A stretch of DNA of 64,000 nt, taken from contig OZ024740.1 in the NCBI GenBank assembly GCA_964016885.1, positions 203,298,001 through 203,362,000 on the forward strand, written 5' to 3'. The notes beneath the pieces are model-generated. The model was not told the origin of the DNA and made no database searches. It saw nothing but the letters and a program-made list of their open reading frames with translations. Positions 24,567 through 37,877 of the stretch are shown here, piece by piece. The first letter of the stretch is position 1; each line of letters begins with the position of its first letter. Origin of the DNA: Eledone cirrhosa (Eukaryota). The position numbers were made by a program, and so were the translations under genes.

Positions 24567-27500
24567 ATCATCATCATCATACGTCCGCTTTTCCCTGCTT
24601 GCAAGGGTTGGACGGGTCCTATTCAGCACAGCATTTCTCCACTTGTCACGGTCCTTCGTTATCTCCTTGGTGAGTTTCAGCGATCTGAGGTCTGCTCTCA
24701 CCACCTCCGCCCATGTTTTTCGTGGTCTACCGCTACTGCGTCTTCTCTCCACTGGGACTTCCTGGCACTTCTTCACCCAGCGGTCATCCTCCATGCGCAT
24801 CATATGTCCATACCATCTCAGCCTTCTCTCCTGCACACCACAACTTATCCCTCTTATACCCAGTTTCTTTCTCAACTCGTCTATGCACATTGACATTGCA
24901 TATCCAACGGAGCATACTTGCTTCCTTTCTCTCCAATCTATCGCATATCTTCTGCAGTTGCTGCCCATGTCTCACTACCATGCAGCATCGTGCATCTCAC
25001 ACAGGCATCATATAACCGTCCTTTCGTACGCAGGGAGAAACCCTTCTTTGTCAACAGAGGAAGCAGCTCCCTAAACTTCTTCCAACCCGTCCTTATTCTA
25101 GATACTATGGCCTCGGAACACCCCCACCCCCTCCCATGCTAATCTGATCACCTAGGTACCGGAAGCTATCAACCACTTCTATAGAACCCACCTGCATTGG
25201 AAAAATGAGTCTATCACAGCGATTACTACTGCCAACTTTCCCTGTACATCTACTGCATACGTAGTTTTCCCTACCTGTTAGTTTCCCTGCTATCCCACTA
25301 CATCTCTTGTGTACCCAAGATCTGCATTGCATACATTTTATGGAATTTATGCCAGTTCCTTTCCTACATATCGAACATGGCCATTTCCATGATGGAATCA
25401 GAGTATTGTCCTCTCTTCTACTTATCAACACTTTTGTTTTAGCTATGTTCACTCTTGATTCCAACTGCTGTTTCCATAGCCAGAATTTATTCTCTAACTC
25501 CTCTACTGATTCTGCTATAAGAACCAGATCATCAGCATAGAGAAGTTCCCATGGGGATCCAGTCTTAAACTCCTCTGTTATAGCTTGGAGGACTATAATG
25601 AACAAGAGTGGGCTGAGGACAGAATCTTGATGTACACCTACTTGTATCTGGAATTCTTCACTAAACTTCATTCCCATTCTCACTTTACTGACGGCACCCC
25701 TGTACATAGCTTGCACTGTCCTCACAAACCATTCCTCTACACCTAGTTTCCTTAGGGACCACCAGATGACAGATCGGGGTACCCTATCAAAGGGCTTCTC
25801 TAGGTCAACAAAAGCTAAGTATAGTGGCTTATTCTTCTCTAAGAACCTCTCTTGTAATTGCCTCACTATGAAGAGGGCATCTGTTGTACTTTTCTGAGGC
25901 ACAAAACCAAACTGCATCTCATCTAAATTGACCCTTTCTCTAATCAGTTGCGCTAATATTCTCTCTGCCACTTTCATAACCTGATCCATCAGCTTTACGC
26001 CCCTATAATTGCTCCTCTCTAGAGCATCCCCTTTACCTTTGTAACAATTTATGAGAATACTGCTGCACCAGTCTTTGTGTATGACACCACCATATATAGC
26101 TTGATTAATAATGCGTGCAAATAGTTTAGTGCCTACTTCTCCTGAAGCCTTCAGTATCTTAGCAACTATTCCCGACGACCCAGCAGCCTTACCATTCTTC
26201 ATTTCCTTAATTGCCTCTTGTACCCTATATTCGTCAATCTCAATACCTGGTCCCTCTGTCGGGTCTACTGGGGGTAATACCTCTCTGTCCCATTCATTCT
26301 CTACATTCATCAGTCTCTCATAATGACATTTCCAGGCCTCCTTCTTTTGCTCATTCGTAACACTAAGTACACCAGCATCATTCCGGACACACTTATCTCC
26401 AACAACATCCTGATTTGCACTGACACACTGCCTTGCAATGCGGAACACCACACGTCTCTGATCTTCCCGTCGCAGAACATTGGCAAACCTCCTACTCTCA
26501 GCCTCCCTGCGTGCTAAGTACACCTGACGTCTAACTTCTCTCTTAGTGGCTATGTATCTGTCTCTACCCCACCATTTTGCCAAGCTTTCCATGCCAATCT
26601 TTTGTCTCTAATGGCCCTATCTACCGTGTTGTTACACCACCAGATCACTCTCTGTCTGGTTGAAGCTCTGCCCCAACCACAAGTTTCTTCAGTAGCCTGC
26701 AGTAAGTTGTCACGCAAGAAATTCCAGTTATCATCTATGTCATACAACTCTAAATCGTCTTCTTTTTCGTCATAAGCATCTTGAAGGGCTTTGCTAAATT
26801 TATATTTTAATGAAAGGTCTTTTAGCTTCCAGGCCTTTCTTTTCCACACCTTCCTGTATGTCTCATTCTTTCTCTTGTTTACTGAGATGACACTAACGAC
26901 TAACCTATGCTGTGGGGTACATTCTTCCTCAGGGTATGCCTTAGTATTTGACACCATCCGTCTGTCTAACTAGCAGGAAGTCAATCTGGCTTATGTGCTC
27001 GCTTGATTTGTAGGTTATTAGGTGGTTGGTAGGCTCCTGGAAGTTAGTGTTGCAAATGGTTAGAGCATTTGCATCACAAAATTCAAGAAGCCCCACTTCT
27101 TCATTTCTTGAGCTGTAACCGTCCCCACCATGTACCCCAGTGTATCCATCCTGGAGCTGTCCAATATGTCCATTGAAGTCCCCTGCTAGCATAACGATGT
27201 CTCTGTCCTTGAGGCTGTCTGTAAAAGTTGCTCGTAAAAGCAGTCTTTCTCTTCTTTACCTAGGCCTGCCTGGGGAGCATAGGCAGAGATGATTGTCAGT
27301 AGTCTCTTGCCTACAACTAATCTAAGCTTAATTATTCTATCACTAACTCTAACTACCTCTATTGTCTTATTGATCCATCTCTCAGCCAGTAATATGCCCA
27401 CCCCACCTAACCCATCATCATTACCCACCCAGAAAAGCTTATAACTACGATGTTTGCCTGCGATTAGTCTTGCAGAGACACCTCTCCATCTCACCTCTTG

Positions 27501-28257
27501 CACACATCCACATGCCTTCTCTCTAGCATCTCTGCAATCTCACCAGATCTACCTGTTAGAGTGCCAACATTAAGTGTGGCAACTCTGAGATGCGACGTCC
27601 CGTTCTTTTTCCTGTTGTGCGATTACTTGATGACAGTCATGGGGTTCCTCACACATGGCCACATTAGCCACCCCACTACCGTGCGCAGCCCTAACATGGT
27701 TAGTGTTATTGCTGTTTACGCAGTTGTTTTTGTGCGATTGCTTGATAACGGCCAGGGGGTTCTCGCACATGGCCGCACCAGCCACCCCACTACCGTGCGC
27801 AGCCCTAACATGGTTAGTGTTATTGCTGTTGACACAGTTGTTGCAATTCTTATTTGTTGTGCTCATAATTTTGGCATTTATTATACTGGTTGGATGCCCT
27901 TCCTAACACCAGCACCACTTTACATCATGGACTGGGTGCTTTTATTCGTGCCACCAGCACTGGAGAGGTTGTCTTACTGGACTCAGGGGCCCTAACCACC
28001 CTTCCATTTTACAGCATGGACTGGGTGCTTTTATTCGTGCCACCAGCACTAAAGAGGTCGTCTTACTGGACTCAGAGGCCCTACCCACCCCTCCATTTTA
28101 CAGCATGGACTGGGTGTTTTTGTTCATGCCACCAGCACTAGGGAAGTTGTTTTACTGGACTTAGGGAACTTCTCTACCCCGCACCAATTTATTCGGAGTG
28201 GTAGCTCTCCTAGACGAGTTGCCTACATTGCAGCATACGGAGCCTCCGTCCGCCCCT
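24567..28257 (-). mobile_element. Near full-length RTE-clade LINE, frameshifted (APE + RT + PHD-like finger), antisense in TRAX intron
   Basis: APE motifs ATLNVGTL, QEVRW, AYAPQ, GDFNGH, SQIDF; RT motifs QFGF, AFVDLEK, GVHQDSVLSPLLF, LLYADD, FRYLG; RLRWYGH/GRPRKTW C-terminus; (TGA)n tail at 24567; ORF split into at least 5 pieces; 5' boundary approximate. Confidence 0.92.
27612..28165. repeat. Tandem repeats in the RTE 5' region (2 x ~120 bp at 27612-27850; 3 x ~89 bp at 27910-28165)
   Basis: Duplicated GCCACCCCACTACCGTGCGCAGCCCTAACATGG and triplicated CATGGACTGGGTG..TTT..TC.TGCCACCAGCACT. Confidence 0.85.
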
Positions 28258-28898
28258 TGTCTGTTCTATAATATATTCACGAGGAAGTGGTTAGCATACA
28301 GCGTTGGACATGTATACCGAATGTGGTGGAGGTGGGAAGTGAGAACCGTTGCCAGTCACATACACACAAATATAAATAACAAATATACAGCCATCTTTAT
28401 GAAAAGTGTGCGTAACAGCTTCCACTTTTTATACAAACTGTTGTTACACATACTATTTGAACATAATTTGTAGATAAGAAGAAATGAAATGACACCTATC
28501 TTTATAAATCCATACATATATATATGTGTGTGTGTGTTGTTTTTTTTGCGTATTATCAACGATTAGCTCCTCCAAACCAGTTGGAAATTACTAGATTTGT
28601 AGAAAAAGTGAGGTGAAAGTGGGCGAAAAGACCATCGGAATTTCACACTTCTGGCGTTTGGTGGGAAATAAATAGTTATTTCTAGCATGAAAATAAACAC
28701 AAGATGGTCATCATAGGTCTACTCAATCAGCAATAACCAAGGACTAACAACTGTAACTCTCTCTGCTTTCAAAAGAAGTTGTATGAGAAATTCTATTTCT
28801 ATTCATATCTCTCTTTCTCTCCAGCCATTCTTCTTTCCTCTATCTATCTATCTTCCTGTCCACCTCTAATTTTTTCCCTTGTGTTTCTCTTTATCCAG

Positions 28899-29191
28899 GT
28901 GTTGCTGACTTAACAGGTGAACTAATGAGGATGGCCATAAAATCTATCGGCTGTGGTGATGTTGAAACTCCATTCCGCATATGTAACTTCTTACGCGAGA
29001 TCCACACCAACTTCCTCGGTTTTGGCAACACCTGCCGTGAGACATCTTTAAAGATGGTGACCATGAAACAATCTCTGGACAAAGTGGAGACAACTTGTTA
29101 TATGATGAAAGTTCGTGGATCTGAAATACCAAAACATGTTATTGTAGATGTTTTGCATTCTGCTGAGCAAGACAATGCTAACTTTAATTAA
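28899..29191 (+). CDS. TSNAX: TRAX coding exon 2 (to stop)
   Basis: Long polypyrimidine tract and TTATCCAG acceptor; splicing restores [17 protein letters not shown]; contains [18 protein letters not shown]; total CDS 846 nt = 281 aa. Confidence 0.93.
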
Positions 29192-30242
29192 CACACTTTT
29201 GGTTAAACATTAGCAGATGTTTTACATTATTCTGCTGACCAAAACAACACACACTTCAATTCAAACTCTTATAGTCAACATTAAAATTTCCATTCAGCTT
29301 TTTATTCTTTGGGGTTTAAGTGTTTTCTTTTTTTAGTCATCATCATCATCTTCCTCATTTTACATTTGTTTTCCCATGCTAACATGAGTTGAATGGGTTG
29401 TTACAGACAAATCAGTAAATAATCTAAACTACTGGACCATTTCTCGCTTACATATGTTTTAACCTAGTTTCTATGGTTAGATGCCCTTCTTAATGCCAAA
29501 CTCTTTAGAGTTTACTAGGTGCATTTTATCATGGTACCACCACTAGAGAGGTTGTAATGACTTTGGCACAATGGTGCAGTCCTCTATGACTGGATGCCTT
29601 CCTAATGCCAACCACTTTCCAGAGTGCACTCATTGCATTTCATCACCAACACATGAGGCTATGCACAATTAAACAGGCATTTCAATATTTTTTGTCATGG
29701 TTTCTATAGTTAGATGCCCTTCATAATGCCAACCATATTAAAGAGTGCAATACATCATGTTATGCCCTTGACATGTCCAAAAAGTCCTCTCTAATTCTTC
29801 AGCTATGAGAATTAGGTCACCAACATAGAAAAGTGTCTATGGAAACTCAGTCATACAGCTCTCTGTTATGGCCAGGAAGATTATATATATGATACACTTC
29901 TTCATTTCTGTTCTATAGATACTTCCATGGCTGTTGTTTTGATGAACTTTATTCATGTTTTACCCGTCTAAAGATTGCTAATCAAATGACTCATCTTGTG
30001 GATGTCTCATATTGTTAAGTTTTTTTTTTTTCTAGAGGTTTCTTTCCTCAAATATCTGTCTTAAGGAACTTTTTTTTGTTTCCTTGATGGCTATAATCTT
30101 AATTCTTTTAAATCTTCAGCATTTCATTGGATTTTCTTTCTTCCCATTTTTCTTTTGTAATTCCCAACAATTTCAGTGGTTTTTTAGGGTCAGTTGTATT
30201 ACTGGGAGTGACTTCCAGAAATGAAGTGAGCATTCTCTAAAG

Positions 30243-30538
30243 CAGTGGTTCCCAACCTTTTGTGCCCTATGCCCCATCTCAACATCTCAAACATTTTTAT
30301 ACCCCACTTTGATATAAATACTGTGATGATCAACTACAAAGTGTAAACAAATTGGCGTATGGACGATACCAGATGCACAATAACGTGTGGAGGAGGTGAG
30401 AGAGGAGTTTCCGACCATAATTTGTTCCAAATTTACCTTGGTGTAAAAGTAATAGGGTAAAATCTAAATTTTGCTCTCATTAACATCATTTTCAAATTGC
30501 CACCCTGTGGGGCATGCACCCCACATTGGGAATCACTG
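30243..30538. mobile_element. hAT (Charlie-like) MITE
   Basis: TIR CAGTGGTTCCCAA / TTGGGAATCACTG; 8-bp TSD CTCTAAAG / CTCTAATG. Confidence 0.85.
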
Positions 30539-30870
30539 CTCTAATGGATGTGCAGTGTGTGAACAGTGCTGAGAGAAAAGCTGAGTGTAAGAGGAATCTG
30601 ATGTAGTGTGTAGGAGAGAAGACTGATGGTATTAACATATGATGTGTATGGATGATGAGTGTTGTGTGCAGAAATGCCACAAAATCACAGTGGAATGGAA
30701 ACCAAGAAAGATCTGGACTGAGGTTGTAAAAGCTGATCTCAAATTGCTGAAGCTCACAAGGGAGATATATATATAAAATGTATATATATGTACTTGTATA
30801 TATATATATATATTTCGTTTCTGAATTTGATTGGCAAGATTCTTTATCTGAAAACGTGTGTTGAAACCGA

Positions 30871-33800
30871 TATTGTTATACATTTGGGAGGGTCATGTTG
30901 CTAATAAGAAACACACGCACCAGTTGCTTTCACTCCAATTTATTATAAATTAAATTTATAAATTTAAGAAATTTGTAAATTTCCGGTTGGTTGGTTGGTT
31001 CCACAACCGGACGGTTGTTCATATATTGTTAAAGTTCTTTTGTCACACATTCTGTGACCTCTTCAGTGACTGGGGATTCTTTTCTTTGTTTTGTGCCTCT
31101 CCTTTGTTCTGTCTTACACCATCTTGTTTTTGTGTATGTTGTGTGCTTAGTTTGCGCATTTGTTACATCCGGGTGTCTGTGTGTGTTTTTATTTGTTTAC
31201 TAGCAGAGGTACCCGGTGTTGCTCGGGTATTAAATACCAGTTATGTATACCATTTATGTCAATACTTCAGTGCTGCTTCGAAAACTATACTTTTACAAAA
31301 TCATCAGCTTTTTCCAAAAGGGGGTTCCTGCCCCCACGGGACCCCTCCTCAATATGTGCCACTTCTGAGAGTTCACATATATCTGTAGAACCATGTGTTC
31401 ACATTCATCTGTAACCCATGTGTCAAGTTTTGTGAAAATCGGTTGCAAACTCTAGAAGTTATGACGTTTTGTTGCATTGCACTGCAGTGCTTCAGTCGAC
31501 TCCAAGGAAGGGGTTGAAGGGGGTTATCTGCCGGGAGGCCCTACAATCAATATCTAGAAAAATGAAAGTGCCCATGACCATCCGGAGTACATAAGTAACC
31601 TATGTCTTAAGTTTGGTGAAAATACTGTAGAAATGCATAAGGTTTACACGTGTGTGGGTGTGCGCGCGTATGTGTGTATGTATATGTATGCGTATGTCCG
31701 TCGGTGCATATGTATGTACTGGTCTAAATCTTCACTATTTACATTTACTATTTTAAGGCAAAGTTAAAATCCCGTCGAGGTTAACTTTGCCTTTCATCCT
31801 TACAGGGTCGATAAAATGAAGTACCAGTAATGTACTGTGTAATTGCTGGCCTTGTGCCAAAAGTAGAAACAACTATTTTAATAACCTGTCATTTACGTTT
31901 TCAATTTTATTTACATCATTCTTAAACTCCGGGGCTGGAAATCATTTGGTTATTTTAAATAGAATATTAGTCTAACGACTCCATTTACACCTTAAACTTG
32001 GTCTTGTCTTTGCATGAAATTGTTCTTCTCGGTCCACATAACAACGTATTATCATCGCTTAATAGAACGCTGGAAAGCTGCACAAACACACATACACACG
32101 CGCACGCACACTTGTTAATTAGTTATAGCTTTCCCTCCCCTCTTCCACTGTCATCTATCAAACACAGTGTCTGTCGCTTTCTCTCATTCTCCCGCTATCC
32201 CCCTCTTTTAGTCTGTTTCTTTCACTTTCACTCTTCCTTTTTCATTTTTATAGATATAGAGATTTTTTCTGTGCAAAGTCATACCTATAGTCAGTTTTAT
32301 CGATTTTTTTTACCTGGGCAAAGGAGGAGTCGATCATTCGCAATGTCGTGCCAACCTGCCCTGATAAATTTGTGGTTGATTACAAAAAAAATTTTGAAAA
32401 TCGGCCTTGCGGATCAAAAGTTGCTGCGGAACAGACACACACACACACAGACAGACATTTTCATTTTTATAGATATAGACTAGCAGAAAACCACCCGGTG
32501 GGTGGTTTTCTGCTAGCAAATCTAGTGTATATACTGATATTGTTGAGATTTGGATGAGAAATGTTTTCGGCACATGTTCACCGTCTCTCGGTGTGTCTTT
32601 TATGCATGTATAAATATATATGTTATCTATACGGTGAAATCTTTGAAATAAATATGTTAAAACGAAAAAGGCGAAAATAAATAACTGGCGGTTAGAAAAA
32701 AATATTCCTATGAAATTTTAATCATTCCATTAGGTGTGAATAAGGAAATATATTTTTATTGTCAAAACAAAGGTTCAAAAGTTAAACTTCAATTTTTTGA
32801 ATTATTTCCAATTTTTTCATGAAATTGAACACTGGACATTGGCTGCTGGAAATGGAAATTAAATCGTATTTAATTGTATTTAAATTTCTAACCTTATTTT
32901 ATTATTTATATTTTTTCAATAAGAAATAAAAAAAAAAAATAAAAAAATTGAACAAATCAAACGTAGGTTATGGAACTGCGCAATCTGATTAATAAATTAC
33001 CTCATCAGCAGCAACCTTCTTCAAATGGTCCTTATTATCAGCAGCAACAACCACAAATTCAATGGCAACCTTCTTCAAATCACAAATTCAATGGCAACCT
33101 TCTTCGCATGGTGTCAAGTCAGAACCGCCTCGAACTGGTTACTTCTGACTTGTGCAAGGTGTCTCTATAGCAACCAGCGATTCCCTCGGCCTCAGTGACC
33201 AAAGTCAGTGGAGAAGGGAAGGTAATGTTTCTATAAAGGAAGGGGAAGGTAATATTTCTGTAGCACGTGTTTTAGCGTCTATTCACTCTCTCTCTCTCCC
33301 TCCCGCTATCCCCCTCTCGTAGTCTGTCTCTTTCTTTCACTCTCACTCTCTCTCTACGCACGTGTTTCCACTGTCGGACAGACAGACAGAGAAATTGCTG
33401 GTTATATATATAAGTAGATTTACATGTTACTAGTTGGTTGTTTGTTCTATGTGTGTGTGTTTTCATTTTGTCCTTAATTGTAAGTTGTGATGTTGCTATT
33501 CCATTCATGTTTTCTATTTAATTTTGGTTGGAGTTCATTTATGTTTATTGCCTCTGTGATTTGTCTAAACATTGCATCTTTTCTGTGTGTAGATTTTATT
33601 TTTATTTCTGTTCTCTAATTTGCCCTTATGTTCTATTTTAGCATGTTGGTAGAGTACTGATGATTCTTTTCTATCTTGAAGCTCTCGCCAGTGTCCATTT
33701 AATCGTTCTCCTATACTACGAGCTGTCTCACCTATGTACACTATATTCTTATCTTTACATTGTCCCTCAGTACATCTTATGCTATATACTATGTTTCTAG

Positions 33801-33926
33801 TTTTGCAGTTAATATGGGTGGAACCAACCAACCAACCGGAAATTTATAAATTTAATTTATAATAAATTGGAGTGAAAGCAACTGGTGCATGTGTTTCTTA
33901 TTGGCAACATGACCCTCCCAAAGTAT

Positions 33927-33933
<7 letters not shown>
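30871..33933 (-). mobile_element. 5'-truncated Penelope-like element with inverted terminal segment, interrupted by Helentron-like insertion
   Basis: GIY-YIG fragment 33565-33817 (NCKTRNIVYSIRC...VYIGETARSIGERLNGH); 30871-31004 is inverted at 33818-33933; degenerate hammerhead core CTGAAGA-GGTCACA..TGTGAC on - near 31040-31066. Confidence 0.8.
31199..33419 (+). mobile_element. Tandem Helentron-associated (HINE/DINE-like) non-autonomous elements
   Basis: Starts ACTAGCAGAGGTACCCGGTGTTGCTCGGGT (subterminal hairpin); units end in (CAGA)n...TATAGA/TAGAT at ~32479 and ~33419; inserted in a T-rich site; carries a SINE at ~31760-31880. Confidence 0.55.
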
Positions 33934-33963
<30 letters not shown>

Positions 33964-33964
33964 G

Positions 33965-34251
33965 CATGGATGAGTTGAGAGAGAAACTGTGTATAAGAGG
34001 GATAAGTTGTAGTGTGCGGGAGAGAAGACTGTGATGCGCATGGAGGATGACCGCTGGGTAAAGAAGTGCCAAGAAATCCCAGTAGAGGAAGACCACGAAA
34101 AACATGGGCAGAAGTGAGAGCAGACCTCAGATCGCTGAAGTTCACGGAGGAGATGACGAAGGACCGTGACAAGTGGAGAGATGTTGTGCTGAATAAGATC
34201 CGTTCCACCCTTGCAAGCAGGGAAAAGCGGACGTAAAATGATGATGATGAT
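33965..34251 (+). mobile_element. RTE 3' end fragment with internal deletions
   Basis: Matches the reverse complement of 24567-24890, ends GGAAAAGCGGACGTAAAA(TGA)n. Confidence 0.85.
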
Positions 34252-35569
34252 ATGTACATGTATGTATATAATGTATATATATATATAATGTATATGTTCA
34301 GCAATTCCTGGAATGAGACATTCTTGATGATAAGATTATGCTGTTCGATAACTTCATGGAAGAGAAGTCCATTGCAACTGGATGTACCATGAAATGCGAA
34401 ACTCTTTGCAATTTGTGCAGCCATACCACTGCCGATGATGAGAATCAAGTGGACTGTCTTCAACAGCATTGCTTATCATCATCATCATCATTGTTTAACG
34501 TCCATCTTCCACGCTAGCATGGGTTAGATGGTTTTGTTCCATTTGATGCGGGATTGGTCGGGAGACCGTGTCTCACTCGTACAGAAGTGTCTCTGGCAGG
34601 TTTCTATGGCTGGGCTGCCCTTCCTAACACCAACCACTTTACAGTGTGGACTGAGGGCTTTTTGTTGTGTCACCGACACAGTGTACAGAAATGCTTATTT
34701 TGGAATCAAAGGCAGTAACGCCATCATCTGGTGAACTGGTGTGTGGAGTGTAGCAAGCAAGTACAACTGCCTTTGGATTTACCATAAATGTGGTAGAAAC
34801 AATGTGTTTACTAATCTTCTTGACTGAAATAAGTAGAGGTAGCAGCTTTGTGTTGAAAGAAATGGAAGCCTAATAGATGCAGTGAAGAGAGTTGTAGATA
34901 CAAGATTGCATACAAATATTTCTGGGTCAGTCATAATACATGTTAGAGAGATGTAGTCATTCATGATTTCATTGAACTCAGCTTGTGATGATGCAGTGCT
35001 TAGATTTCTACAGTTGAGTGTAGTCACTTTATAAGACTGGATAGGTCTAAAGAGGCCTTTCTTCAGTTGTTGATGATTGGGGCTCAGACATTGTGAAGAA
35101 TTCAGTTTAGGCTCATCATTGGCTGCAGGAACAGCATTGCTTCACTGCATGGATGGTCGATTGGTAAGCGCTTTAACCTTGGTGCTCTAGTTGAACTTAA
35201 TCATGTTTCCTCTAATAGTTAAATATATATGTGGCTCACCACACTTGCATACTTTACAGTCAGCCCCAAACAAGGCCCCCTTTACAGTAGGATATGGCTC
35301 TTCCCCATGCACAATGGTCACAATTGGGTGTGGAGAGGCTAAGAACTCGTCCTCAAACCTTGTTAGCCACACACCACCCTGGCTTCGAAAGTACAGGTAA
35401 AACTGGCTGTAACTAACTCCATAAGAGATTTGCTTATCATTCATCTCATGTGAAATTCGTACCACTCCCTACTGTTGGATTTTTTCCAACTAATGTACCA
35501 ATGCTGGCTCCCAAAGTACAGGTAGAACTAAAATGTAGTCAACCCAGCTTACTCTTAAGAACTCTAGTA

Positions 35570-35725
35570 ACATTACAGTTGAAGGAACCAGGAAATACCT
35601 ACATAGATTCTTTAAAAAATTATAATTTAAATATAACTATAGATAAGAATATCAATATTGTACACTTTCTTGATGTCACCCTGGAATTAGATATTGGTTT
35701 GTATAGACTTTACCATAAACCAAGT
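35570..35725 (+). mobile_element. Penelope-like RT fragment
   Basis: LNITIDKNINIVHFLDVTLEL...YHKP matches the PLE RT motif FLDV..Y.KP. Confidence 0.6.
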
Positions 35726-36589
35726 GTTTTCAAACCACTTGTGATCTCTTCTTCACCCACTTATTTCTGAGAGGGTCGTGGAGGCAGAGTCCCCAAACAC
35801 TCCTGCCAGAAGCAACTATCTCCAACTGATCTTGTTGGATCCCCAAGCTCATGGATGTTATCCAACCATCTTGCTCTCTTGCCAGTTGGGTTTACCTGTA
35901 AAATCTGTCCAGCAATTCTTTCCTGAGACATTCTAACTACATGCCCACGGTCTATCATTAGTAATTTATCATTAGTAATTTATCTAGGAGTATTTTTCAA
36001 TTGTCAGCTGATGATTATTATAATAAGGCATTAGCTAGATCAGGATATAAAGAAAAAATTATTTTTACCTCTACTAATTATAAAGAGTTTATAAGTTTAA
36101 ACTTAATAAAGTTATGATCTATATTATAAGAGCGCTGTCTGCCTGTCCATCACGCTCACTTTATATATAGAGGTGGAACACCAAGCGAGAGATATGTACA
36201 TAGATAAAGAGTGAAAAGAGAACGCCATGTGTTTTCGAGGTGACAGAAAGAGATAGATAGACAGAAAGTTATGACATCGCTCTCATCTATATAGAAAGAG
36301 ATGTACATAGATAGAGAGAGAAAAGAAATGTCATTTATTTAAAGAGACAGAAAGTGTGTGTGACAGAAAGACGGAGAAGTCACCATCTAGTATCAATAAT
36401 AATGTCAACAGTAATCATCATCATCATAATTTTAATTTAATGTCAATTTTTCCACGCTTACATGGGTTAGACGGGTCATCCATGCTTGGAGATAAGTTTG
36501 GCCATGTGTCGCTGTAAATTTGGCTGGGTATTTTACAGCTGGATGCACTTCCTAACACCAACCATGTTTACAGTGTGGAACTGGATGGC

Positions 36590-37320
36590 TCTGTTATGAG
36601 GAAGGACAGGCCAGTTGACCGCGCCAAACCAATCTCACAATGGAACCATGTTTTCAGAGCCCAACCCATCATACAGTGGAACCATAGTTTTGGAGCCCAG
36701 TACTGGATGGCACCGAATTGAGGAGACTAGACCCATCTCACAGTGTAGCAAGTTTTGGGGCCTGGTACTGAGTGGCACTGTTATGAAGAGTGGTGGCCAG
36801 TTGGCTGCATGAAACCCATCACACAATGTTACCACAGTTTTGGGCCCAGTACTGGATGGGATCGCTATGAAGGGGGACAAGTGCAGAACCACAGTTTAGG
36901 AGGAGGCTGGCGTTGGATGGTACCACTATGCAAAGGAACCAGCGATACCACTATGAGGAGGGACAGGCTAGTTGGCCACGCTGAACCGTTCTCACAGCAA
37001 CACCTCAGTTTCAGAGCAGGGCACTCTCCACACGACGGACACTTCTCAACGCGAAACCAGACCCCAGCAGCCTGGGACTGGATGGCATTGCTATGAAGAG
37101 GGACAGGCCAGTTAGCTGCACTGAATCCTACACACAGCAGACCCTCAGTTCAGGAATTGGATGTGCGTGGCTCCACTACGAAGAGGGACAGGCCAGTTGG
37201 CCACGCCGAACCCATCTCACAGCAGCCTACCAGCGACGGACAGTTCTTTTGGGGGTCCCTGACAAACCCTTCCCAGTACTAAACCACCAGTTGGAGCCCA
37301 GTACCAATAAATCCCAGTGG
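36590..37320. repeat. Degenerate tandem repeat region
   Basis: Recurring GGACAGGCCAGTTGGCC...CCCATCTCACAG...CCCAGTACTGGATGG units. Confidence 0.6.
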
Positions 37321-37877
37321 AAGGAAGCCACAATAGAGGAAGATATGGACAGAAGTGGTGAGAGCTGATCTCAAATTACTGAGGCTCAGAGAGATGATGA
37401 GTGGAAGGATGCTGTGCTGAAAAAGATCCATTCAAACCCATGCAGACATGGAAAAGCAAATGTAAAATGATTTTCCATCATATAATAATTATATTTTATA
37501 AACTTTGTTAAGTTACGTTCCAAACAGCAGCTTAATAATGCAAAAATTAGTCATATTACTAAATTTCACCAAATTCTTTTTCCGAAATTAATTGAAAATC
37601 ATTTGCAATGTCTTTAATTAGAAATACAACAACGAAAGGATTAAGAGAGAAATGACAATGTTCCTAAACAGAAAGAAAAACTGAAGCAGTAATTCTGAAA
37701 TTAGTGATTGTTTATTAATAATACAATGTTGTTTGTATAGAAAATATAGCTATATACACATTATAAAATACAAGATTAAGTCTGCATTATCAAAGCAATA
37801 GGTCAATAATTTGAGTGGAAGAATTATAACTGAGCTTGATAAATTAATTGTAATTCTTGAATATTATTTATTGACTT

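Noticed and set aside
24567-28257. Active autonomous LINE, or an HDV-like ribozyme at its 5' end
   Set aside because: Multiple frameshifts and no TSD found; a small hairpin at ~28237-28250 exists but I could not build the nested double pseudoknot by eye
34270-35560. Non-repetitive-looking ORFs including a CKCGEPH knuckle-like peptide
   Set aside because: Fragmentary with no complete motif; probably decayed retroelement but cannot be assigned without a search
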